Shown one piece after another: positions 37,129 to 48,250 of a DNA stretch of 64,000 nt (the first letter of the stretch is position 1; every line of letters begins with the position of its first letter). Where the stretch lies: assembly GCF_035084215.1 (NCBI RefSeq), contig NC_090340.1, forward strand, positions 5,084,001 to 5,148,000, written 5' to 3'. The position numbers and the translations under genes were made by a program. The stretch is from Heptranchias perlo (Eukaryota). The notes beneath the pieces were generated by a model. That model saw only the letters and a program-made list of their open reading frames with translations. It was not told where the DNA came from and made no database searches.

Positions 37129-37745
37129 TGTAGATTATAATAGGGATTTGGTCATCGTGGGGGGAGTTGCTAGGAGATAAAATATATTGCACTTCCAGTA
37201 GGTACAAGATGGAAAGGGGTCAGTTAGTCTGCAGCTGTAGTTTTGAGTAGAAACAGTTAACTCTTGCCTGTTAGAAGGAGGACGAGCGAAGTATAGTGAA
37301 AGTTAGAGGGATGGAGAAGATTTGACGTATGAGAAATGAGTCGGGTTGATGGGCAGGAGAGTAAATGCTAATCCAGCGAAAGAAGGTAGAAATCCGAATC
37401 TTGAGCGAAATGAGAACTGGAAAAGTCTAGTCTAGACACAGAAAGGGAAACATCAGTCCTGGGATCTAATGAATCATAATAATGAATGCATTCCTATAGT
37501 AACTACTATACTAAATATAAATTTGAGTGGCACCTGAGAGAATGATATCCCTATTGCAGCTATGGATGTCGAAGTTCATAGTGGAGCGGGGTTTCCATGT
37601 GCAGTCGGAGCCCAGATAGGAATCCCTTTAGTGAGTAGATGGTCCAGACTTTCAAATGGGTGTTACTCAACTACTAAGAAAAAGCTAACTGCTAATGAGT
37701 CCACTCTCAGTGTCTGAATCTTGCTTGGAGTTGTGCATTCAAACA
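37129..37745. mobile_element. Solo LTR (617 bp) inserted in the ERV 3' LTR
   Basis: TGTAG...AAACA termini, perfect 5-bp TSD CTAAC (37124-37128 and 37746-37750); absent from the matching site of the 5' LTR. Confidence 0.85.
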
Positions 37746-37813
37746 CTAACTACCCCATGATATCGTTTACCCATTCCAAGCTGTTAACCTATTACACTAT
37801 ATACTATCCTACA

Positions 37814-37824
37814 TTCCCCTCCTT
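37814..37824 (-). promoter_or_regulatory. Polypurine tract AAGGAGGGGAA
   Basis: Purine-only run directly abutting TGTAG at the start of the 3' LTR. Confidence 0.8.
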
Positions 37825-38235
37825 GGAATTGAGGGAAATGCCCTTTTCCAGGATTGCACACCCAACTATCTCTCGCACTGTTTCCTTCACAATCTACCTT
37901 AATTTCACTTGCTTCATGTTCTGTCTCACCACTCATAATTATATTTAATACTACTCACGTAATACCTTGGGCTACCACGAGCAACTCAGACATAATCCGT
38001 ATCCATGGATGTTTTCCAGCATTATACATTATTTCTCATCATTCATATATCAGACACAATCGAAAGACTGGATTTCAAAGATCCCCCAGTAATCTTTTAC
38101 TGTTATCCATAATGCGGATAATTTTAATTTAAGTTTTGGAGATCACCCTGAATTTGGGATTTTCAATTCTACATCCTTTTTTACTTTGAACTTCAATTAG
38201 CCTGATGAAAAACAGTGCTTTGACCCTATGCTGGA

Positions 38236-40050
38236 TAGAGTCATAGAATCGTTACAGTGTACAAGGAGGCCATTCGGCCCATCAAGGCCGTGCCAGCAAA
38301 TTGCAAGAGTAATCCAGTTAGTGCCATTCGACTGCTCTTTCCCCGTAGCCCTGCATTTTTTTTTCCTATCAAGTATTTATTCAATTCCTTTGAAAGCCAC
38401 GATTAAATCTTCCTCTTCCACGCTTTCAGACAGCGCATTCCAGATCATAACTACTCGCTGCGTAAATAAGTTTTTCGTCACGTCGCCTTTGGTTAACTTG
38501 CCAATCACCTTAAATCTGTCTCCACTAGTTCTCAACCCTTTCACCAATGGGAATAGTTTCTCTTTATTTACTTTATTTAAACCTTGATTTTGTCTTATTT
38601 ATTCTAAATGATGATTTTGAACACTTCTACCAAATTTCCTTTCAACCTTCTCTGCTCTAAGGAGAACAACCTCGGCTTCTCCAGTCAATCAACGTAACTG
38701 AAGTTCCTCATCCCTGGAACCATTCTACTAAATCTTTTCTGCAACCTCTCTAAGGCCGTCGCATCCTTCATAAATGTGGTGCCCACAATTGGACAAAATA
38801 CTCCAGTTGTGGCCGAACCAGTGTTTTATAAAGGGTCAACACCATTTCCTTGTTTCTGTACTCGAAGCCTCTATTTATAAAGCCCAGGAACCCGTATGCT
38901 TTTTAAACCACTTTCTCACCTGTCCTGCAACCTTCAAAGATTTGTGCACATACACCCCAGCTCTCTCTGTTCCTGCACCATTTCTAGAATTGTACCATTT
39001 CGTTTGTATTGCTTCTCCTAAATCTTCCTGCCAAAATTTATCACTTCGAAAATCCCTGGATTCAATTTCATCTGCCATGTGGTGTCCGCCCATTCCACCA
39101 GCATGTCTATGTCCCCTTGAAGTCAACTACTATCCTCCTCACTGTTTACTACACTTCCGAGTTTTATGTCATCGGCAAGTTTTGAAATTGTGACCTAAAA
39201 CAGTGGTCCTAGTACCGACCCATGGGGAACACCACTGTACACCTTCCTCCAGTGCGAAAAACAACCGTCCATCGCTACTCTGTTTCATGTCACTTAGCCA
39301 ATTTCGTATCCATGCTGCCACCTCCCCTCTTATTCCATCGGCGTCAATTTTGCTGACAAGCATATTAAGTGACACTTTATTAAACGCCTTCTGAAAGTCC
39401 ATATACACAGCACCAACTGTATTGCCCTCATCAACCCTCTCTGGTACCTCATCAAAAACCTCAATGAAGTTAGTTAAACATGAATTGCCTTTAACAAATC
39501 CGTGCTGGCTTTCCTTTATTAATCCATTCATTTCCAAGTGACTATTAACTTTGTCCCTGATTATCGTTTCTAAAAGCTTCGCCACCACCGATGATAAACT
39601 GACTTGCCGATAATTATCATGTTTATCCTTAAACACTTTTTTGAACAAAGATGTAACATTGGAAATTCTTCAGTCTTCTGGCGCCACCCCTGTATCTAAG
39701 GAGGATTGGAAGAATATGGCCAGCATCTCTGCAATTTCCACCCTTACTTCCCTCATGAACTCAGGATGCATCCCATCCAGACCGGATGACTTATTTACAT
39801 TAAACACAGCCAGCCTATCTAGTACGTCCTCTTTATCAATTTTTACCCCATCCAGTCTCTCAACTACCTCCTACTTTACTGTGGCTTTTGCAGCATCTTC
39901 TTCCTTGGTATGGACGGACGAAAAGTATTCATTGAGTACCTCAGCCATGCCCTCTGCCTCTATTCATGCATCTCCTTTTTGGTCCCTAACGGCCCCACCC
40001 CTTCTCTTAACACCCATTTACTATTTATATGCCTATAGAAGACTTTTTGA
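38236..40050 (-). mobile_element. CR1 LINE fragment inserted in the ERV env
   Basis: ESQHGFVKGNSCLTN, YMDFQKAF; CR1-type tail at 38236. Confidence 0.92.
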
Positions 40051-40420
40051 TTATTGGTTGTATGATTAATTTATGTAAAGAAGGTTGGCTTTTCTATGGA
40101 TCGTGTGTCAGAGCCTTGAGTAAAAGGTTGAAATTAGTAATGATACGTATATGTACACATTCTTCTGAGTCACAATAATCATTTCATGTAGCGATGTTGC
40201 AACGTGACTGAGCATGTCTGGAACCCGTTCTTCAGTACAACTTTATCATACATTCTGCATACTGTTTGCTTCATGCACAACAATTCAATCCTACAATTTC
40301 AGCGGTAGGCCTAGATCTTGTGAACAAGATATCAGGTACGAGGTATTCCTGCCCTTACATTCTATCTATCAAAAGATCAGGTGTTTGTAGATTTCAAGTA
40401 GTGGTCAGGCCATAAAATAC

Positions 40421-41752
40421 AAACCCTTGGCCGTTCTGCCCTTGGAAACTACCGCCCCATCTCAAATCTTCCTTTCCCCTCCAAATCCTTGAATATGTTG
40501 TTGCCTCCAAAATACAGGCCCATCTTTTCTACAACTCCATGTTTCAATCCCTCCAATTAGGTTTCCACAACTGCCAAAGTACTGAAACGGCTCTTCTCAA
40601 AGTCACGAATGACATCCTATGTGACTGTAACGATGGGAAACTATCCCACCTCATCCTTCTCGGCCTCTTTGCAGCCTTTGTCATATTTGACCACACCATC
40701 CTCCACCAATGTCTCTCCTCTATCGTCCAGTTGGGTGGGACTGCACTTGCCTGGTGCATTCTTACCTAACCAGTCATAACCTGAGAATCACCTGCAATGG
40801 CTTTTCTTCCTTCCCCCACACCGTTACCTCTAGAGTCCCCCATGGAGCTATACATCGTACCCTACTATTTCTTATTTACATTCTGCCCCTCGGCAACATC
40901 ATCAGAAAATACAATGTCAGGTTCCACATGTACGCTGGCGACACACAGCTCTATCTCACCAGCACCTCTCTGGACCCCTCCGGTGCCACTGATTTGTCAA
41001 CCTGCTATTCTGATATCCAGCAATGGATGAGCTAAAAACTTTCTTCAACTAAATATTGGGAAGACCAAAGCCATTGTGTTCATTCCCCGTCACTAAATCC
41101 ATTCCCTCGTAACAACTCCATCCAGCTCCCTAGCCAGGATTTGAAGCTTAACAAGACTGTTTGCATCCTTGGCGTCCAATTTGACTCTGAGATGAGCTTC
41201 CAAGGACATATCCGCTTCTTCACCAAAACCGTGTACTTCCACCTCGGTAACATCGCCTGTCTCTGTCCTTGCCTCAGCTCATGTACTGCTGAAACATTCA
41301 TCCATGCCTTTGTCACCTCTAGACTTGACTATTCCAATGTTCGCTTGGCCGGCCTCCCATAATCTTAAGCTTATCCAAAACTCTGATGCATGTTTCCTAT
41401 TCCCGTTCACAAATCACCCCCTGTGCTCACTGACTTACATTGGCTCCAGGTCCAGCTCCTCCAGTTCTTGACTCTTGCGCATCCCCGATTTCAATCGCTC
41501 CACCACCGCCGGCTGTGCCTAGCAGTTGCTAGGTTCTAAACTCTGGAATTCCTCCTCTCCTCCAAACCCACTCTCCTCCTTTAAGGCACTCCTTTTAACC
41601 TGCACCTTTGACTAAGCTTTTGTTCACCTATCCTTATACCTTCTTATTTGGCTTGGTGTCAAATTTTGTTCGATAACGCTTCTGTGAAGCACCTTGGAAC
41701 GTTTTGCTACGTTAGAGGCGTTATATAAATGCAAGTTGCTGTTGTTGTTTTC
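40421..41752 (+). mobile_element. L2 LINE 3' fragment inserted in the ERV env
   Basis: STETALLKVTNDIL, FHMYAGDTQLY, FIHAFVTSRLDYSN; tatataaatgcaagttgctgttgttg tail. Confidence 0.92.
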
Positions 41753-44229
41753 ATTATTGAAACTGATAGAGGCAATGACACAACTATTTCAAAGAGAAAG
41801 CTATCAATTAAATATTCCTAACTACACATTCCTGACTTTCACCAGATTGTGCATTGATTGAAGACTGATACCTTTAACTGGATCGTGCCCGGGTGATTCA
41901 TATTTCTCGTAGGTCCACTAACGCGTCTTTTCCATGACCGACAGTTGGCGCTGGAATTGTCCTGCTTCCACTTTATAGACTCAGTAACTCCTTGTGTCCA
42001 ATTAAGTTACATGTCCCCATAATATTATCATCTCCTCTCGGTCGTGAGCCCAGGATGAACCTTACTATCCAATAAGCTATTAATTTTGAAACACAGATTA
42101 GAAGTTCTCTCACAGTGTGGCGAATACATAATTAATACTTTTACTTGAATTGAAGATTTATTTTGTGAACGTCTTTAAAATTATCATCAATATATAGCAT
42201 GTTGTCTATAGTCAGTATCCCCTGGATCACCAGCTCTTTGATCCCATCTATTTTAGATGTATACACTTTATTTTTCTTTATTCTATTGAATCTCGCCTGG
42301 CTTTCCTAGATTCGTTTTATATCGTATCTATTGCACATAGCTTTCCCGAGTTCTTACACCCTAGAGAACACTTCCGATTATGCCAGTTGTGTCTTGCGTT
42401 TCATAATGATTCGCAGAGCTCACACGTGGTTTAACAATGCGTTTTAAACATGCAAGTGGTACGACTTTAATATTTTTAATAATTCGTGCCGTGGATCCTA
42501 AGAGACAACAGCCTCAGCAAGAGTCACATGATTTTATATCTTATTGTGACAAATTATTTCGTACCGAAATATCTAAATCCGGAAACAATTCACAGGAATT
42601 CCCGAATGGTTGGAGGACACTACCTCACTAGGCGACTTATTTTTCAGAGGAGGGTAACTTGCATTCTCTAGACGCAGAAGAATTAAACATAATGAAACAT
42701 TGAAGTCTTTCCCTCCTCTACATTCTTCTGCCAGTATGTGGAAAACATTAATTTACTTTCTTTGTTTCTTATATTGCATCCAAGAGAACTACCCTTACTC
42801 ATTTAGGGTTTATAGTATGAACGAGGTGCTAATTATGTTATTTAGATTCAGGAATGCCCAGTCGCTAAGGAACATCTTATAGGGTGCACAAACCCGTGTG
42901 TGGGTTTGAGTCTTTTCTACCAGATATTTTCAGTTGTAGCATAGAGACTCTGGAATCCAACCGGCTCCTTAACATTTCCACCCATCAAAATATATGACTT
43001 TGAATCAAACTTCTAGGGATATTTCAAAATAACATTTCCCGGGTCCTAACGCCTGAACAGTTCCATTACTGCTCGTATCTCTTCACTAACTTAATCTTTC
43101 TTATTTTAGTTCAACAATTTCAACTGACTATCTTGCTTAATACTCTGCAATTCAGCTTAACCATTTAGTAAATTAAAATGTTGTAAGTAGAGCTGAAGAT
43201 TGATCTTGAATTCTTCGTGACTGAATAATAGAAGTAAAGGTGAATCACTGCTCCTGCCTATAAAACTGTCTGTAAAAAGGAGGGCGGAACCAACTACAGC
43301 TACTAGTAACGGCACAGAAGTGTTTTTTCCCAATTTCTAACATTATTACATTAAACGACAGCACCACAGGAACAATGTATAACTAGACAAGTAGAGGGGT
43401 TCCAAAATCGAAGAATTTCCATCCTGAGGAAATACAAGTTTGTTGAAACAAACAGAAATCATTAGTTGATTGATTTCATTATCACCATCAGTACCCTTCA
43501 TATATCTGTAAACCTGTGCAGCACAATCCTGTAGGGGAAGAACTAATTTTATTTGTTCATCTCAATTAAAATGTAAAGTAGTGTGTCGTTGCCTTTTTTC
43601 ATGCACACCAAATATAAAACACTAAGCAAGATCACCTCGCTGTCTGAATCGCCCATCCCAAGAAAACCAGCATTGAATAATTTCATAATTTGATTAGACA
43701 CTCGGTCTGTAACCTTTTGTTAATTCGCACCAATTACTCCAATTCAGACCGAAAATGAAGGAAGTCAATAACTCAAAAACAGAAGGCACATATTGAATTA
43801 AAAAACATAATTAAAATGTAAGGCAGCACATGGTTGCAAACACACAAATGTTACAAATCATTTTCTTTCTTCGGCACACCTTGTAGATGACCTATAAATT
43901 CACTGAATATAACAGAGTAAATGTTAGCTCTTGTCGGCAACATCAGAGATTTGATAATCTGTGTAACAATCTTAATATTAACTAAATTAAGGCCTACCAA
44001 GGATTAACACTTCAGACGGAAAAGGGGCAGAGTCAGCCAGAACAAGGAAGCTCCACAAAGCCGTGGTTACACACACATTTAAAGAGGCAAAACAAGAGAA
44101 ATACTGCAGCCTGTAACGGTAGAAAAGAGACATTTCCCTCTTCGCTTTTTTCTCTCTTAGTCTATTTATGCTTTATTTCACTCATTTCAACTTTCAATAT
44201 GTGATGTTTGTTACCTAATCCAGTTTCGT

Positions 44230-44900
44230 TGCAATGTAAGAAAGGGGCTACTCAGGCATATATTAACCTTTCTGTTTCTGGATAAGATCACTGTGGGCTT
44301 TTAATTTCTCTCCCTTTTGCCTAATTCTGTTGCTACTTTTGGTATAACTGACCGAAGTTCTTCAAATAATTGCATCACAGCCTTTGTCTCTGGTGCAAGC
44401 TTTAACTCCTCAACTCTCCTCCTATAAAACTTCTTTTAATTGATCACAACGTTTTGAACACTGTTCCAGTTCCTCATTTCTCCGGCTTTTTTCATTAGAA
44501 CTTTCCGTTTGTTGTACTAAGTGAAATAATCTGAGCAAATCATCATTTTTATCTTGTGCTTTTTCATCTTTTCTCTTAACGTTCCACATCCCTTCTTGAA
44601 GTTTTTATTACTATCTGGTATTGCTTTTGCAACAGCAGATAATCCCTGTACTACTGCTGTTTTAGTCAACTACTTCAGGTTACTCAAGAAACCCATTTCG
44701 AGTACTTGCTCATAGAGTAGATTTTCTCGAAAAACTCTCCGACTTTCAGGCGATCTCCGTCGTGTCTTGCAAGATATTTATCTCCTAATTTCTGAATTAC
44801 TTCGTCCTCCTGTTTCCTTCCAAATGTTATCCCGCATTTCCTCGAGCATGGGTAGGGTCAAAGCGGAGATGAAAATCGCGGACTCAACGGTGAAATTATC
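44230..44900 (-). pseudogene. Decayed coiled-coil, gag-like N-terminal ORF of the ERV
   Basis: Follows the PBS; frameshifted or stop-broken translation such as MGFLSNLK*LTKTAVVQGLSAVAK, EKSRRNEELEQCSKRCDQLKEVL, RRVEELKLAPETKAVMQLFEELRSVI; no capsid or zinc-knuckle motif seen. Confidence 0.45.
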
Positions 44901-44910
44901 ATTGCTTTAG

Positions 44911-44928
44911 GTTCTGCTGCGATTGCCA
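44911..44928 (-). promoter_or_regulatory. Decayed primer-binding site (TGGCAATCGCAGCAGAAC)
   Basis: TGG immediately after the terminal CA of the 5' LTR; tRNA identity cannot be assigned (weak resemblance to tRNA-Ser 3' ends). Confidence 0.5.
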
Positions 44929-46078
44929 TGTTCGATTTTGTATCATATCAGGCCTGGTACTCCATGTCCTGCTCCTTATCCTTATCCTTCATTTAATGAA
45001 CAGTTTAAAACCCATGAGACAGTGGTAGTCTTGAGACTGTACTTGTTTTAAAACTCACTGATATTTACACCTCTGATGGATAATTCCTAAGCAACGTCAT
45101 GTGACGTGCTTAGAACGTATTAACTCCAAGACTACTCTGATTCGTGTGTGCCAAATGCTACGACACCAATATGTGGCAATATTGCACTACATCTATTTCA
45201 TACTCACTGAACGTGAAAGATATTTCAGCTAGAATGAAATATTAGATTCAAAATTTATCCCAGGAAAAGAGAGGTTGAGTGAAATGGACCTTTATTCTCT
45301 GGAGCTTAGAAGAATGAGAGGGGATCTCATTGAAACGTATAAAACTCTTAGAGGGCTTGACAGGGTAGATGCTGAGAGGCTGATTCTCCTGGCTGGAGAA
45401 TCTAGAACTGGAGAGCATAATCTCAGGATAAGGGGTCGGCCATTTAAGATTGAGATGAGGAGGAATTTCTTCACTCAGATGGTGGTGAATATCTGGAATT
45501 GTCTACCCCAGAAGGGTGTAGCTGTTTAGTCGTTCAGCACATTCAAAGCTGAGATCGTTAGATTGTTGGACTCTAATGGAATCAAGGTATATGGGGATCA
45601 GGCGAGAAAGTGGAGTTGAGGTCAGCCATGATCTTATTGAATGGCGGGGCATGCTCGAGGAGCCGTTTGGCCTACTCCTGTTCCTATTTCTTATGCTGTT
45701 GCGGTCTTATGATATTAAAATCTTAAACCAGATATGTTGTCTCCAAATTAGCCGAAACCGTCTTAAATTGCATTAAACGTTCGGCTTGCTTAGCTTTGTC
45801 CTGCGGAATCCTAATGAGCTAATCTAAACCATGTGCTAGCCTCTATCACACAGACTACATTCTCATAATACAAATATATTAATACTGACTTTCGTATTGT
45901 TAAGTTATTTTACTCATTATTTCTCACCACATGAAATAATCTTTCTACCGAATCACGGCCAGTGTATATCTATGGTTTCTACACTTTCCACTTTTCTGTA
46001 GCCCTGTATCCTAACTAATCCCTGATGCAATTTAGCTCTGTCAAGCTGTTAACCTATGATGTTATACACTATCCTACA
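44929..46078 (-). repeat. ERV 5' LTR (~700 bp net, CR1 fragment inserted at ~45260-45710)
   Basis: Starts TGTAGGATAG, ends ...AATCGAACA; block 45821-45903 aligns by hand to 36938-37020 with 14 mismatches in 83 nt. Confidence 0.8.
45260..45710 (+). mobile_element. CR1 3' fragment inserted in the ERV 5' LTR
   Basis: LYSLELRRMRGDLIETYK...RNFFTQ. Confidence 0.9.
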
Positions 46079-47379
46079 CAGGTGAAAGTATCTGAGTTGG
46101 TGCATGTGAATGAAGAAGCGAGTGATGCAGGAGTGAGTTCGATGGGGTTGGGGAAAAAGAACTTAAAGCATGAGGGCAATGGAAGAACTCAGGTATGTTG
46201 GACTCCGAGTTTATCTGCCTTTTAATTGGGTGGAAGTTTGTGGCAATGTGGTGCTTGATAAGGGCAGCAAGGTGAGAAGCAGTAAGGTGGCGTTCGCAAT
46301 ATCCAAGTGAGCTCGTCATCACCCACAGGAAAAGCAGAGTGACTCTATATTGAATCGGTGGACTTTTGCACTGGTGAATTGCCCCCTCCAGTGGCTTAGG
46401 TCTTGGGGGAATTGAACACTATTTTCTGGGATAACAATATTGCATCAATTAGGGGAAAGCTGGTAATTCAGAAGTGTTCATGGGAGAGTTAAAGTAAGCG
46501 ATATGGGGGCATCGGTCTGTTAAGGGGCGGGAATGGGTTTTAGGATGGTGCAGGCAAGTAATTGCTGCTATGGGAGATGGGTAGCTAGTACCCGCTTAAC
46601 CAGAGTACATTGCGAAGGATTAGTTGCTGTTGGGTTGAATTTCTGAGATTTTCCGTGAATTTGTCATCCACTAACTTCAGCAGAAGAGTCATGGAATCTT
46701 GCAAAACGGCATAAACATTGTTTCGACTGTTCATCTGTGGTTTCTGTGTTTCTGCCATTGAAGTTACCGTGAAGTCTGAGAACCCTGAAACAATTCACTC
46801 TTGAAACTTTTAGACAGTGAAGATTTTGCATGCTCCCAGGGTGCCCAGGGACAAAAGGGAGAGTAGCTGGTGATTTACCTTGCCTGCCCTGGACAGGTCA
46901 TTGAACTCATTGTGTCAGTGGACTTCAGTTCTTATGGTGAGACTGTTGGCACTCAGTGCTACTACTCTCTAGGTGGTGCTAGTGACATTTCTGGCGGCTT
47001 TCCTGCCATGGACATCAAGCAGTCTGTGATACCTCATTCCAATTTTGCCAGATTTCGTGAAATTCGTGAGAAATGGGGAGGTAAATCTCTTTCCCTTTTC
47101 CAGCGCTTCAGGTGGCAGCTAGTCCAATGCAGCTATCAGTTGTGGTTCAAACCCATCAGTTTTCTTCTGCAGATTGGGCCCACGAGATACTCATCTCTGC
47201 CCTCGGCAGCAGGGCTAGGATATGAGCTCATCCTACGGAGAGCTGGGTAAAGGGGCGTCCACGCCATTGCTTATCTGCTCAAGTACTCTGTGAATCACTC
47301 AGTGCAGACCCCTCTAACTGATCCTCTAAACAACGCCAGTATTGATGTCAGGTCGAGTGATTTTGGATCTTGAAATGAA

Positions 47380-48250
47380 CTGTTCTCCTCTTCCTCTGTT
47401 GCGATAGGGCCGTGACTTCAACTGGACCTGGAAAGAGAGGCGAGTGACAAGGTTTCACAGTTAGTGACAATGGTTAGCAGTTATTTTCATGGGTTAGCAG
47501 AAACCGATGAGCAGGAGCTCAAGGCAACACCAGTGTGAATGGGGGAGAATGTTCAACGAGCACCGAAAAGGAAGGTAAGATGGTCAAACAAAGATAGAAC
47601 GTATCCTCCAGCCTTACCAATTGCGACCGTTCTGACCAACGCTCTGCCGACCATAGCGATGGCGATCTGTTTCATTGGTGACACCAATTGCAATGATGGT
47701 AGCCCTCCTCCTGTCCTCTGATATTTATGCCAAATTGTCCTGCTAGAAAAGAGCGATTGCCTTAATATGTGGCCTCTTGAAAAGTTGTGAAAATGTGTGG
47801 GTCGAGGTAGAATCATGCGTATGATGCGTGGACGAGGCTGCAAGTATGGGGGATTGAGAGGAATAATTGTAAGGAGAGTGGCAGGTGCAGAGAATGTTCG
47901 AAGCAGCAGAAGGTGGTTCAGTGAAATGCGCTGCTGTGATTGAAGGAGAGTGGTGGGAAACGAGAAGAGAAGGCTCGTGAGTGCTGGGCTCCAAGTGTTT
48001 CAGAACTACGCAGAGTAAGCGGGATGTGACTAGGAGTCTAACCTTATCACCTCTGGTCAAATCATTGAATCGTTTCCCACATTGCTGCCAGGACCTGGGC
48101 TATATGCACCATTCATTCAACTGCTCAGCCACTTCTGTGTATTGTTGCTTTGACACCTTTCTCAAATCGGCAAGAAACAGGAGCTCGCCCTCCTGCTGAC
48201 CACCTCCACAAGAGCTCCAGCACCGCCCGAGATCATTGGGGCCATTGCAT
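47380..48250 (-). pseudogene. PIF/Harbinger transposon Myb/SANT-like ORF remnant (spliced)
   Basis: AVLELLVEVV...YTEVAEQLNEWCI*PRSWQQCGKRFNDLTRGDK then GT donor at 48042; next exon QRTGGGLPSLQLVSPMKQIAIAMVG after TTTTCTAG. Confidence 0.7.

Larger units (their letters stand above)
28480..37813 (-). repeat. ERV 3' LTR, fragmented (pieces ~37746-37813, 36837-37128, 31036-31178, 28914-28945, 28480-28801)
   Basis: Starts TGTAGGATAG directly after the PPT and ends ...AAATACA; pieces are collinear with the 5' LTR (shared aaaactcactgatattta, gatatttcagct, aatctaaacc, aagctgttaaccta). Confidence 0.78.
37814..43250 (-). pseudogene. Decayed env gene in three pieces (~41755-43250, ~40060-40420, 37814-38235)
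   Basis: Basic site followed by GIIGSVL*GV and AMCNRYDIKRI (42400-42310); SFLFEIVVSLPL; Cys-spaced ECKGRNTSYLISC; membrane-proximal **EIMYNAGKHPWIRIMSELLVVAQGIT*VVLNII, where TGA codons plausibly derive from TGG; ends at the PPT. Confidence 0.6.
28480..46078 (-). mobile_element. Ancient endogenous retrovirus / env-bearing LTR element, internally deleted and interrupted by nested insertions
   Basis: Two homologous LTRs with TGT...ACA termini; TGG-starting PBS-like site after the 5' LTR; PPT AAGGAGGGGAA before the 3' LTR; flanks CTGGT (28475-28479) and CAGGT (46079-46083) match 4/5; decayed env and gag-like frames between the LTRs. Confidence 0.8.
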
